In this document: piece after piece, positions 1-12,708 of the stretch
Position numbering within the stretch: position 1 is the stretch's first letter
How the letters are laid out: each line of letters starts with the position of its first letter
Assembly: GCA_964016885.1 (NCBI GenBank)
Contig: OZ024752.1
Span: 47,678,001-47,742,000 of the forward strand
DNA from: Eledone cirrhosa
Taxonomy: Eukaryota
DNA length: 64,000 nt
Direction of reading: 5' to 3'
Translations under genes and position numbers: made by a program
Notes under the pieces: generated by a model
Seen by the model: only the letters and a program-made list of their open reading frames with translations
Databases searched by the model: none
Told to the model about the DNA's origin: nothing

Positions 1-381
1 TGTAGTGGTGGTGTAGTGGTGGTGTGGTGGTGTAGTGGTGGTGGTGGTGTGGTGGTGTGTAGTGGTGGTGTGGTGGTGTAGTGGTGGTGGTGGTGTGGTG
101 GTGGTGTAGTGGTGTAGTGGTGGTGGTGGTGTGGTGGTGGTGTAGTGGTGGTGTGGTGGTGGTGTAGTGGTGGTGTAGTGGTGGTGTGGTGGTGGTGGTG
201 GTGTAGTGGTGGTGTGGTGGTGGTGGTGTAGTGGTGGTGGTGGTGGTGTGGTGGTGGTGGTGGTGGTGGTGTAGTGGTGGTGGTGTGGCGGTGTGGTGGT
301 GGTGGTGGTGTGGTGGTGGTGGTGGTGTAGTGGTGGTGGTGGTGGTGGTGTGGTGGTGGTGGTGTGGTGGTGGTGGTGGTT
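1..381. repeat. (GGT)n/GTAGTG imperfect microsatellite, runs off the window edge
   Basis: Continuous ggt/gtagtg units seen directly. Confidence 0.95.
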
Positions 382-1737
382 AATGACTGACAGGGGTGGA
401 TGTAATGGCTGGATGGTTGGATAGTAGTGAAGGGTGGCAGCTTAGAAGGGTGTGGCACACACAAAGAATTGGAAAATAAGAGGGTGATGGTGGTGGTGGT
501 GGCGGTGGCGGTGGTGTGGTGGCGGTGGTGTGGTGGCGGCGGTGTGTGGGTAATAATAAGATGGCAGGGAGGGGTGTGGAGTGGAGTAGAGTGTCTCTTG
601 GGTAAGGTTGGGTTGGTCTGCGGTAGGGTTGGGTTGATGGTGGCTTGTGGCTTCTGGTGTGGGGTGGTGGTGGGGTTGGGGGGAGATGGGGGGTGGGGGA
701 TTGGTCTGGGTAGAGGTCGGGATGGCCAGGTTCCAGATGAAATGGTTGATTGGTTGCTTGGTTGAATGAATAAGTGGGTAGATGAGGCAGGTAGGTGGAA
801 TGGATGGATGGGAGGAGAGGGTGGCTGGTTGTTTGGAGAGGGGGCTGGGTAGGTGGAATGGATGGATGGAGGGAAGGGTGGCTGGTTGTTTGGAGGGGGG
901 GCTGGGTAGGTGGGTGGGGTAGGTGTTTTGGTTGGTGCTGCTGGTCTGGTAAGTTAGTTAACTACACTAAGATTGGCTTATCACCACAACTCTCTCTCTC
1001 TCTCCTCCTCACTCTCTCTTTCTCTCACTTCCCCTTCTCTTCCTTCCCCCTCTCTCTAACCCCCCTCCTTTTCTCTCTCTTCCCTCTCTCTTTCGTTCTC
1101 TTCCTTCCTCTCTTCCCTCTCTCTCGTGCTCTCTCTTCCCTCTCTCTCTTTCTATTTCTACCCCCTTTCTCTCTCTTCTTCTCACCCCTTCTCTCTCTTT
1201 CTCACCAATCTCTTTTGTTGTGTGTGAGTGAGTGTGAGTGAGTGAGTGTGTGTGAGTGTGTGAGTGTGTGTGTGTGAGTGTGTGAGTGAGTGAGTATGAG
1301 TGTGAGTATGTGTGTGAGTGTGTGCGTGAGTGTGTGTGCGTGAGTGTGTGTGTGTGTGTGAGTGTGTAAGTGTGTGTGAGTGTGTGTGAGTGTGTGAGTG
1401 TGTGTGAGTGTGTGTGAGTGTGTGTGAGTGTGTGTGAGTGTGGGTGTGATGCTTTTCCATCCACCCCAAGGACACTTCTGCCCCTACGCACCTCAGTCTT
1501 CTTCCTCCTCCCCCACCTCCTCCACCACCATCAACCACCTCCTGCTGTTACTACCACAATGTGCAACCCAACTGACACCACCACCCCCACCCACCCAAAC
1601 CACCCCCTTTACACCCTGTTATCTTGACATGCTCATATACACTAACACCCCCCCTCCGTCCTCTATATAATTACTACTCACCCACCCACCCTTACCGCCA
1701 CTATAATTATTACTAAATCACAAATCACTATCACCAT

Positions 1738-1776
<39 letters not shown>

Positions 1777-1959
1777 CACTACTGTTACTACTACTACTAC
1801 TACTACTACTGCTACTACTACTACCACTACTGTTACTACTACTACTGCTGCTACTACTACTACTATGACCAACACCCCCACCTCTACCATTCCCATACCC
1901 TACCTCCACCAATCTGAGACACCAAACCACAATGCCATCACCACTGCAAACCCCCACAT

Positions 1960-2605
1960 GCACCTCACCACCTCACCATCTCACCACCACACCACCTCAC
2001 CACCTCACCACCTCAACATCTCACCACCTCACCACCTCACCATCTCACCACCACACCATCTCACCACCTCACCATCTCACCACCTCACCATCTCAACATC
2101 TCACCACCTCACCACCTCACCATCTCACCACCACACCATCTCACCACCTCACCACCTCAACATCTCACCATCACACCACCTCACCATCTCACCACCTCAC
2201 CACCTCACCATCACACCACCTCACCACCTCACCATCACACCACCTCACCATCACACCACCTCACCTCACCATCTCACCACCTCACCATCTCACCACCTCA
2301 ACATCTCACCACCTCACCACCTCACCATCTCACCACCTCACCATCACACCACCTCACCATCACACCACCTCACCACCTCACCACTTCACACACACCACCA
2401 TTCCACCACTCACACCCACACCACCATTCCACCACTCTCACACACACACACCACCATTCCACCACTCTCACACACACCCACACCACCATTCCACCACTCT
2501 CAGACACACCCACACCACCATTCCACCACTCTCACACACACACCACCATTCCACCACACACACCCACACCACCATTCCACCACACACACACCCACACCAC
2601 CATCA
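1960..2605. repeat. CACCACCT/CACCATCT low-complexity satellite
   Basis: Reiterated caccacct, caccatct and caccattc units. The His/Pro/Thr ORFs here are artefacts. Confidence 0.9.
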
Positions 2606-2904
2606 AGACCAAAGACTCTTGTTCATTGGCATTTTAATCTACTTTTAACTTTTAACTTATTTCAAGCCAGTCTCTAACCTTTACCTTTACCTACTTCTAC
2701 ACCACCACCACCACCACCACCACCATCCTAATCAACACTGCCACCCTCACCATCCCTCACTCCTACCCACCATTCTACCAACACTACCCATCATTCCACC
2801 ACTGCCTCTCTTCTCTATCTTCAAAATCAGTCAAGCTCAGCAATCTCATATTTTTAATCTTGTCCTTACGTTGGTGATGACCCCACCACCACCTTATAGA
2901 TCAT

Positions 2905-4420
2905 CCAAAACTACCAAAGACACTACCATCACCAACACCACTGCCACCACCAACAGCTACCAAAGACACTAACACTGTCACCAACACCACCGCCACCACC
3001 ACCACCACCACCACCAACAGCTACCAAAGACACCAACACTGTCACCAACACCACCACCACCACCAACAACAACAACAGCTACCAACCAAAGACACCAACA
3101 CCACCACCACCATCACCACCAACAGCTACCAAAGACACCAGCACTACCACCAGCACCACCACCAACAGCTACCAAAGACACCAGCACTACCACCAACACC
3201 ACCACCACCAACAGCTACCAAAGACACCAGCACTACCACCAACACCACCAACAGCTACCAAAGACACCACCACCAACAACAACAACAACAGCTACCAAAG
3301 ACACCAACACTATCACCAACACCACCACCACCACCACCACCAACAGCTACCAAAGACACCAGCACTACCACCAACACCACCACCACCAACAGCTACCAAA
3401 GACACCAGCACTACCACCAACACCACCACCACCAACAGCTACCAAAGACACCAGCACTACCACCAACACCACCACCACCAACAGCTACCAAAGACACCAG
3501 CACTACCACCAACACCACCACCACCAACAGCTACCAAAGACACCAGCACTACCACCAACACCACCACCACCAACAGCTACCAAAGACACCAGCACTACCA
3601 CCAACACCACCACCAACAGCTACCAAAGACACCAGCACTACCACCAACACCACCACCACCAACAGCTACCAAAGACACCAGCACTACCACCAACACCACC
3701 AACACCACCAACAGCTACCAAAGACACCACCACCACCAACAACAACAACAGCTACCAAAGACACCAACACTATCACCAACACCACCACCACCACCACCAC
3801 CACCAACAGCTACCAAAGACACCAGCACTACCACCAACACCACCACCACCAACAGCTACCAAAGACACCAGCACTACCACCAACACCACCACCACCAACA
3901 GCTACCAAAGACACCAGCACTACCACCAACACCACCACCACCAACAGCTACCAAAGACACCAGCACTACCACCAACACCACCACCACCAACAGCTACCAA
4001 AGACACCAGCACTACCACCAACAACAACAGCTACCAAAGACACCAGCACTACCACCAACACCACCACCACCAACAGCTACCAAAGACACCAGCACTACCA
4101 CCAACACCACCACCAACAGCTACCAAAGACACCAGCACTACCACCAACACCACCACCACCAACAGCTACCAAAGACACCAGCACTACCACCAACACCACC
4201 ACCAACAGCTACCAAAGACACCAGCACTACCACCACCACCACCACCACCAACAGCTACCAAAGACACCAGCACTACCACCAACACCACCACCACCAACAG
4301 CTACCAAAGACACCAGCACTACCACCAACACCACCACCACCAACAGCTACCAAAGACACCAGCACTACCACCAACACCACCACCAACAGCTACCAAAGAC
4401 ACCAGCACTACCAACACCAC
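2905..4420. repeat. 46-bp minisatellite (43-bp variants), about 30 copies
   Basis: Unit aacagctaccaaagacaccagcactaccaccaacaccaccaccacc. The agctacc anchor recurs at 3391, 3437 and 3483 (period 46). Confidence 0.95.
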
Positions 4421-5385
4421 CACCACCACCACTGCCATAACTACCACCAATACCACCACCACCACCAGTAACACCAATCACAAACTTCCACTATAACCCC
4501 CCCCCCCCATCAACCACTCCCTCCTTCCACCACCACAAGTCACCACCTCTTACTACCACCAACCATCCTCCCCCCATCTCTAATCATCAACTCCTACCTC
4601 CACCAATAATCACCACCAATCACTAACTCAAAACATTCAAAATCACCAACAGGAACCCCCCTCTCCCTCCTCTCTCATACCAAGCAGTCTCTCTCTCTCT
4701 CACTCTCTCTCAATCTCTCTCCCTCTCCCACTATGTCTCTCTCTCTCTCTCCCTCTCTCCCTCAGCTCTCTCTGTTTCATCTCTCTCTCTCTCTCTCTCT
4801 CTCATATCTCGTTCTCCCCCTCCCCTCTCTCTCATACCCCCCCTCTCTCATATATCTATCTCCCCCCCCGCTCAAATCTCGTTTTCTCTCTCTTATATCT
4901 CGTTCTCCCCCCCTCTCTCTCATATCTCGTTTTCTACCCCCCTCTCTCATATCTCGTTTTCTCTCTCATATCTCGTTCTCCCCCCTCTCTCATATCTCGT
5001 TCTCCCCCCTCTCTCATATCTCGTTCTCTCTCTTAAGGTCATAGTTTCTATATTTTTCATTTAAGAGAAAATCCATCTGTATATATCCCTCCCTTTTTCT
5101 ACTAAGATAAACCCCCCCCCCCATTCTCTCTCTCACTCTCTCACTCAGTCCCCACTCACTATCATCTCCTCTGCCTCCTACTCACTCTAAAGTATGCTAA
5201 CTTCAAATTTTCACTCCTTCATAATACATTAATTATAGAGCTATATAAGTTTAGAAGGAACCAACCACCATCGCCATCAACATAACCAACAGCAACAACA
5301 AACATGGTTGTTTAGCCTGCTAGAAATAGTAACCAAGAATCCCTCATATACCTCAGCATATTCACTCTTTGTATACTAAGCCACA

Positions 5386-5604
5386 TTAACCCTTTAGCAC
5401 TTACATTACTCTATATATACTAATGTATTTTCCCAATAAACACTTTATCTTACATAATTATCTTACATAATATCAAATCTATGAGATGTTGATATTATTT
5501 ATTTTGAGAACAATACCTTAACATCAGTATGAGTGACTGGTTACAGCCAGTTTGAACAGAAAGAGGTGAGAGAATCCTGGCTGGATATTGCTGGTTTAAA
5601 TGCC
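5386..5604. mobile_element. piggyBac-type MITE, same family as 42184-42607 in opposite orientation, one end decayed
   Basis: Starts TTAA-CCCTTTAGCAC. The internal sequence matches the reverse complement of the 42.2-42.6 kb copy. Confidence 0.7.
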
Positions 5605-5822
5605 AGCTGTGGTTGGTCTTCATGTACTTTTGCATATTGTTTGAGCCCTCCTGCTGATTTACACACTTTTCCACATGCTTGACAGTACCATTACACCAAC
5701 ACATAACATACTGTATACATACATACATTCACACAGACACACACACATACACACACATATATATATATATAGTATAAGAATAAGGGAACAAAGAATCAGT
5801 GTTGCCTTATAAAATATTTAAT

Positions 5823-5916
5823 AACATATTACATATGTTTCACTGTCGATCAGCTCGAGGAACGATCTATTATTCATCGAACCTGACTCCGGAATCCAAA
5901 GATCCTCAGATATGCT
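5823..5916 (-). ncRNA. Type I hammerhead ribozyme with 61-nt stem II, in a PLE-like remnant (about 5771-5945)
   Basis: Minus strand: AGCAUAU-CUGAGGA-(61 nt hairpin)-GAAAC-AUAU-GUA/AUAUGUU. Stem I is 7 bp, stem III is the palindrome ACAUAUGU, and AUUAAA follows. Confidence 0.8.
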
Positions 5917-5990
5917 TCAATATGTAAGCTCGTCTCTGATGGAGTATGAATATATGGTGTATGAATATATATATATATATATATATATAG

Positions 5991-6186
5991 GTACATTATT
6001 CCGGGTTGAATCGGAGGTAACCACAGTAAGTAAGGTACTCAATACATTGCAGAGTATAAAAGTTTTAATATAGATGAGATTCTACAGGACTAGAACTGTT
6101 TCATTCTTTAGAAATCATCAGGAATCCCTGATTTTGATGATTTCTAAAGAATGAAACAGTTCTAGTCCTGTAGAATCTCATCTATA
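5991..6186 (-). mobile_element. PLE-like pseudo-LTR remnant, family A, fold-back structure with an HHR at 6076-6128 (-)
   Basis: 6069-6120 is inverted against 6135-6186. Minus strand: GGGAUUC-CUGAUGA-UUUCUAAAGAAU-GAAACAG-UUCUAGUC-CUGUA/GAAUCUC. Near identical to 30301-30734 and flanked by (TA)n. Confidence 0.85.
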
Positions 6187-6239
6187 TATATATATAAAGA
6201 ATCAAAAAGAACAGAAATATGCAGTAAAAGAGATTTATT

Positions 6240-6370
6240 CGGTTCTAACGTACGTTTCAATAGACATCAATTTGCCTAGATCTCGCTGCATCTATAATAT
6301 TATATAGTTAGTAGAGCATTCGACATCCAATGCACAATTGATTCCATATCATCAGAGATTATGTTTACCG
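6240..6370 (-). ncRNA. Type I hammerhead ribozyme with 90-nt stem II, in a PLE-like remnant (about 6196-6705)
   Basis: Minus strand: CGGU-aaacauaa-UCU-CUGAUGA-(90 nt, auggaaucaauugugc pairs with gcaaauugaugucuau)-GAAAC-GUAC-GUU/AGA-ACCG, then AAUAAA. Confidence 0.75.
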
Positions 6371-6823
6371 TACCAGAATGTTCAGGTTTTTATAGGAATT
6401 CATGTGAAGTTGAAGTAGAGAAGAAGGAGGATGTGACAAAGACGAGACAGATAGGAGGGTTTTTCATGGTTGTTGAGGTAAAACAGAGGGGAGGATAAAA
6501 TACGATAATGAAGTCTAGATATGGACTAGTCCAACTGTATGTGTGCTAGGGAGATGGTAGACGTTGATAGGTTTATTATCTATGATGGATGGAGGCAGGG
6601 GAGATATATATATGAATATATACGTGTGTATAATGGTAGCTATGGTGCTTCCATAGGCAATAAACTGAGTCCAGATGCATCACTGATTTTTCGTTTTATT
6701 ATATTATATATGAATATATATATATATATGTATATGATAGTCTAACCCATGCTAGCGTGGAAAGTAGACGTTAAACAAAGATGATGATATATATGAATAT
6801 ATATATATATATATACACGATAT

Positions 6824-7020
6824 ATTAACAAATGGAAACTATATTTATAAAACCATATTTATTTCATTATACATATTTGAAGGACACCAAGTTAAATTAT
6901 GGTGTGCTTTCATCAGATAAAATATAATATAGATCAGTTTTATAAATAATTTGTTGAGTGCTTTATATCAGTTATAAAAATATTTGCTTGTTGTATCCCA
7001 ACAATTTAAATAGAACTTCT
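6824..7020. mobile_element. PLE-like remnant, family D: inverted HHR arm (6860-6924, G12 mutated to C) joined to the forward 3' tail
   Basis: 6824-6945 is the reverse complement of the 34142-34243 and 29885-30005 family. 6945-7020 matches the tail at 30021-30099. Confidence 0.8.
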
Positions 7021-7223
7021 ACATATATATATGAATATATATATATTCGTCCAAACCCATGCAAGCGTGGAAGATGGACGTTAAACGATGATGATGATAT
7101 ATATATACACATACACATAATCACATACATGCAGACACACCCACACAAAAACATCACCTCTTCCTCACCTCCAAGTTCCCATAGAAACAAACCCTATAAA
7201 GAACAACTGTTGTTTATGTGTGG

Positions 7224-7271
<48 letters not shown>

Positions 7272-7932
7272 ATATATGTATATATGTATATATGTATGTA
7301 TGTGTATGTATATATGTATATATGTATATATGTATGTATGTGTATGTATGTATATATGTATATATGTATGTATGTATATATGTATATATGTATATATGTA
7401 TATATGTATATATATATATGTATATATGTATGTGTATGTATATATGTATGTATGTGTATGTATGTATATATGTATATATGTATATATGTATGTATGTATA
7501 TATGTATATATGTATATATGTATATGTATATATGTATGTATGTGTATGTATATATGTATGTATGTGTATGTATGTATATATGTATATATGTATATATATG
7601 TATATATGTATGTATGTGTATGTATATATGTATATATGTATATATGTATGTATGTGTATGTATATATGTATATATGTATGTATGTGTATGTATGTTTATA
7701 TGTATGTATGTATGTATATATGTATATATGTATATATATATATGTATATATGTATGTATGTGTATGTATATATGTATGTATGTGTATGTATGTATATATG
7801 TATATATGTATATATATGTATATATGTATATATGTATGTATGTGTATGTATATATGTATATATGTATGTGTATGTATATATGTATATATGTATATATGTA
7901 TGTATGTGTATGTATGTATATATGTATATATG

Positions 7933-8390
7933 TTCCTTTGCCTTTTGAGCTCTTAAGAGTCAATGGCCATCCAAAATCACCGGGAGAGATGACCCCTTAG
8001 CCTTTGTCAAGGCGGAATTCTAGGAGAAGGAAAACTCTGATATAACACCTGCAACCCTGATGGTATCCAATGATGTTGACTTGTTCTTCTTTTTGGTAAA
8101 TATCATCTTGGTTAAGAGAGTGGGACTGGCTTTGTGCAGTGCCTTTGCTCACTATAAAAGCTTCACGGCACAGGCATTGCTTTATATCTGGAGATCTCTC
8201 TGCACTTGTCGTCACATGGTACCATGGGCCCTGCACTATGTGTCAATAATTGTCACAAGTGTAGTGTTTGTACCAGAGTTTTCAAGTCGCTGGCTGGACT
8301 AAAAAGTCACACTCGTTCAGCGCATCAGTAGGGGTTCTCCTACATGGATATAAAGTAGTGGCCGTACTCGAAAACGACTTGGCAGCCACC
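7933..8390 (+). mobile_element. Non-autonomous RTE-type LINE derivative, copy 1, with C-terminal C2H2 finger remnant
   Basis: 8254-8331 reads [25 protein letters not shown]. About 97% identical to 9247-9689 and ends in a TA/TATG run. Confidence 0.65.
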
Positions 8391-8463
8391 ATATATATAT
8401 GTATGTATATATATGTATATATATATATGTATATATATATATGTATGTATATATATGTATATG

Positions 8464-8565
<102 letters not shown>

Positions 8566-8614
8566 TGTATGTATGTATATGTATGTATATGTATATGTAT
8601 GTATATGTATATGT

Positions 8615-8655
<41 letters not shown>

Positions 8656-8688
8656 TGTATGTATGTATATATATATGTATGTATATGT

Positions 8689-8726
<38 letters not shown>

Positions 8727-9009
8727 GTATGTATGTATGTATATATATATATATATATATGTGTATATATATGTATATATATGTGTATATATATGTATAT
8801 ATATGTATATATGTATGTATGTATATATATATATGTATATGTATATATGTATGTATATATATGTATATGTATATATGTATGTATATATATATATATGTAT
8901 TTGTATGTATGTATATATATATATATGTATATGTATATATGTATGTATATATATATATGTATATGTATATATGTATGTATGTGTATGTATGTATATATAT
9001 ATATGTATG

Positions 9010-9042
<33 letters not shown>

Positions 9043-9077
9043 GTATGTATATATATATATGTATGTATATATATATA

Positions 9078-9689
9078 TTGTGTCAGGTCACCAGTTGGTG
9101 CTACTGGTAACATGTATCCCAGTACAACCTGACTCATGGTCGGGTCGTTGGCGACTAAACTGGCAACCCCACCAAGGTTTCTTGGTGAGGAGGGTGGCTT
9201 TGGACATCCTGCAGGACTAAAAATAAAACCTGTCAAAGGGCAAAGGAGCTCTTAAGAGTCAATAGCCATCCAAAATCACGGGGAGAGATGACCCCTTAGC
9301 CTTTGTCAAGGCAGAATTCTAGGAGAAGGAAAACTCTGATATAACACCTGCAACCCTGATGGTATCCAATGATGTTGAATTGTTCTTCTTTTTGGTAAAT
9401 ATCATCTTGGTTAAGAGAGTGGGACTGGCTTTGTGCAGTGCCTTTGCTCACTATAAAAGCTTCACAGCACAGGCATTGCTTTATATCTGGAGATCTCTCT
9501 GCACTTGTCGTCACATGGTACCATGGGCCCAGCACTATGTGTCAATAATTGTCACAGGTGTAGTGTTTGTACCAGAGTTTTCAAGTCGCTGGCTGGACTA
9601 AAAAGTCACATTCGTTCAGCGCATTGGTAGGGGTTCTCCTACATGGATATAAAGTAGTGGCCGTACTCGAAAACGAGTTGGCAGCCACC
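9078..9689 (+). mobile_element. Non-autonomous RTE-type LINE derivative, copy 2 (longer 5' end)
   Basis: Same sequence as 7947-8390 (about 11 substitutions) plus about 170 bp of extra 5' sequence. The finger reads [24 protein letters not shown]. Confidence 0.65.
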
Positions 9690-10043
9690 ATGTATATATG
9701 TACGTATGTATATATGTATATATGTATATATATATATGTATATATGTATATATATATATGTATATATGTATGTATGTGTATGTATATATGTATGTATGTG
9801 TATGTATGTATATATGTATATATGTATATATGTATATATGTATGTATGTGTATGTATATATGTATATATGCATATATGTATGTGTATACACATATATACA
9901 TGACTTTGTTAGTGTGTATTATGTATTGTCTGTTATTTAAATGAGATCAAAGCAGGAACACTGTTCCAAGATAAGCAATTAATCCAAACACAAAGATTAC
10001 TATTAAGATAATCTATTCTCTGATATAGATCTACCCCTGTTTC

Positions 10044-10430
10044 TTTTTATATCATACCCCACACATATATAAATTGGCCCCACCCCATGCACAGTATTTT
10101 ATACTACACCAACATTGGCTACCATCCACCAACCCTTACACGGTATCTTATATCACACCAACATACATACAGATCGACTACCACCCCTATACAGTATTTT
10201 ATATCATACCCCACACATATATAAATTGGCCCCACCCCATGCACAGTATTTTATACTACACCAACATACACAGACATTGGCTACCATCCACCAACCCTTA
10301 CACATTATCTTATATCACACCAACATATATACAGATCGACTACCACCCCTATACAGTATTTTATATCACCCCAACATATATATATATATAACAGATGATG
10401 AGATCAGCCACCATCCCTACACATTATTTT
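10044..10430. repeat. About 150-160 bp tandem duplication built from about 50-bp subrepeats
   Basis: ttttatatcataccccacacatatataaattggccccaccccatgc occurs near 10045 and 10197. Confidence 0.85.
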
Positions 10431-10763
10431 TTTATTTCCAATCAATACCCCCCCCCCCCCATTACCCATCATGCCTTATATAGTATTTCTAGAGACATTA
10501 TTAGTATTTATATAAAACTACCACTACCACTTTAGGTGGGTGTGGTAGCAGAAATCAGAAAGAGATGGTAAAATTGTTTTAAAGCAGAATTATATACACA
10601 CACACACACACACATAGAACAAACAACTTACAATTAAGGACAAAATGAAAACACACACAGGACAAAATGAAAACACACACACACATAGAACAAACAACCA
10701 ACCAACAATAAATAAATAAATAAATAAACAAATAGATAAATGAACACAAACACACACAGACAC

Positions 10764-10821
10764 CCGGATGTGGCGCATGCGCAAACTGAGCACACAACAC
10801 ACACACAGAAACAAAATGGCG
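10764..10821 (+). promoter_or_regulatory. Cluster of ETS (CCGGATGT), NRF1 (GCGCATGCGC) and YY1 (AAAATGGCG) motifs
   Basis: Motifs at 10764-10771, 10773-10782 and 10813-10821 in otherwise CpG-poor DNA, 35 nt upstream of an HHR-like motif. Confidence 0.55.
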
Positions 10822-10855
10822 TAGGATAGGCACAGAAACAAAGAAAGGAATCCCC

Positions 10856-10900
10856 AGTCACTGAAGAGGTCACAGAGTGTGTGACGAAAGGACTATGAAT
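10856..10900 (+). ncRNA. Minimal, slightly degenerate type I hammerhead motif
   Basis: AGUCA-CUGAAGA-G-GUCACA-gagug-UGUGAC-GAAAG-GA-CUA/UGAAU. Stem II is 6 bp; stem I pairs at 4 of 5 positions. Confidence 0.55.
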
Positions 10901-11138
10901 ATATATAAACAACTATCTGGTTGTGGAACCAACCAACCAACCAGAAATTTATAAGTTTGTAAATTTGTAAATTTATAAATTTATAATAAATTGAAGTGAA
11001 AGCACTGGTGCGTGTGTTTCTTATTGGCAACATGACCCTCCCAAAGTATAACAATATCGGTTTCAACACACGTTTTCAGATAAAGAATCTTGCTAAACAA
11101 ATTCAGAAACGAAATATATACTATGTAACTATTACTAA

Positions 11139-11484
11139 TCCTGGGGATTAAATGGAGTGACCATGTAACAAACCAGGAAGTCAGGAACCGCACCAACCAA
11201 CAGCTAGTCTCTTCTGCCATCTGCAAGCGACTCCTGGGCTGGTTTGGACACGCTTTGAGTCTTCCCCCGGAGAGACTGGCGAACCAAGTACTTAAATGGA
11301 GCCCGCAGGGAAGCAGACGGAGAGGGCGACCCAATATGAACTGGCGCCAGACAGTTGAGAGGGACCTGCGAGCGACAAACAGACAATGGCGGGACGCTGT
11401 GCAACTGGCTGCTGACCGAACGTGGTGGAACACTATGATTGCCTCATGCGTCGCAAGACGCGGGAGCTTCTGAGTCTGAGTCTG
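11139..11484 (+). mobile_element. 5'-truncated RTE-like LINE 3' end with (CTGAGT)n tail and 12-bp TSD
   Basis: Translates as LGIKWSDHVTNQEV...WFGHALSLPPERLANQVLKWSPQGSRRRGRP...ADRTWW. TSD aactattactaa at 11127-11138 and 11485-11496. Confidence 0.85.
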
Positions 11485-11529
11485 AACTATTACTAAAAAA
11501 TGTCTAAAATCTGTTTCAAGCCTGGATGC

Positions 11530-11820
11530 TCATCAGACCAGTGCTTATCCCGGTTTCCATGGTGGGAAGTGGCTGAGAGTACAGGACTCCCCACTGGACA
11601 GGATGCTAGTTCATCACAGGGTTAAAGCCTCCAGCTATTGCTGGTACTCCTTTTCAGATGAGTATACTGGAGGAATGTGAAATGAAGTATTTTGCTCAAG
11701 AACACAACACACAACCTAGTCCAGGGATGAAAACCATTATCATAAGTCCAACACCCCTACTACTAAGCCACACATCATTATCATAAGTCCAACACCCCTA
11801 CCACTAAGCCCCACACCTCA
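11530..11820 (-). mobile_element. Diverged tRNA-derived CORE-type SINE
   Basis: The minus strand has a gtggggcttagtggtagg head and a CORE-like block ttcttgagcaaaatacttcatttcac. Confidence 0.6.
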
Positions 11821-11841
11821 CTACTGATACTATTACAAAGA

Positions 11842-12500
11842 TGTGACTTAGTTGTTAAAGTGTTTGTCTCACAATTGTAAAGTCTTCAGTTTCATCCCCA
11901 ATGGTCGTTTGTACCCTCGAGCAAGACACATTTCATGTTGCTCCAGCCCAGGGAGCTAGCAAAAGTGTGGTGTATCTCTAATTGAAAGTGTCACCATAGT
12001 TACACATTGTGTTACTCATTCTGTTACATACTGTGTTACTCATTCTGTTACATACTGTGTTAAACACTGTGTTACTCATTCTGTTACATACTGTGTTACT
12101 CATTCTGTTACATACTGTATTAAACACTGTGTTACACATTCTGTTACATACTGTGTTAAACACTGTGTTACTCATTCTGTTACATACTGTGTTACTCATT
12201 CTGTTAAACACTGTGTTACTCATTCTGTTACATACTGTGTTACTCATTCTGTTACATACTGTGTTACTAATTCTGTTAAACACTGTGTTACACATTCTGT
12301 TACACACTGTGTAACACAATGTTACATACATTGTTACATACTGTTACAATGTGTTACTTACTCTGCTACACATTTTATTACACAGTGTGTTACATACTCT
12401 GTTACACACACTGTGTTACACACACTGTTACAATGAATTTACCAGATAACTACATTAATGGTGCACATAAATCTGGAATACTCAGCCACTTATGTAAACA
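11842..12500 (+). mobile_element. Diverged CORE-type SINE with an internal 12/24-bp minisatellite (11997-12433)
   Basis: Head gtgacttagttgttaaag, CORE-like cgagcaagacacatttcatgttgctcc, then an array of ctgtgttactcattctgttacata units. Confidence 0.65.
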
Positions 12501-12564
12501 TAGATACAGGGACACATACACACATAGATAATACACTCACACACACACAGATACACACATATAT

Positions 12565-12708
12565 ACAATGGGCTTCTGCAGTGTCTGTCTACCAAATTCC
12601 ACTCATGATGTATTAGTTAACACAAGGCTATAGTAGAAGACACCTGCCTAAGGTGGGTCTGAACACATGGTTGTGAAGAAAACTCGTTAACCACACAGCC
12701 ATGCCTGA
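12565..12708 (-). mobile_element. Diverged tRNA-derived SINE 5' half (related pieces near 25975-26140, 55905-56130 and 60620-60775)
   Basis: Minus strand caggcatggctgtgtggttaa...ggtgtcttctactatagcc...gagtggaatttggtagacag, recalled as an abundant octopus SINE type. Confidence 0.6.

Noticed and set aside
2905-4420. CRISPR-like regular repeat
   Set aside because: The spacers are not unique and the context is eukaryotic; this is a minisatellite.
11501-11545. CUGAUGA...GAAAC on the minus strand
   Set aside because: No valid stem I or III; it lies at a SINE junction.
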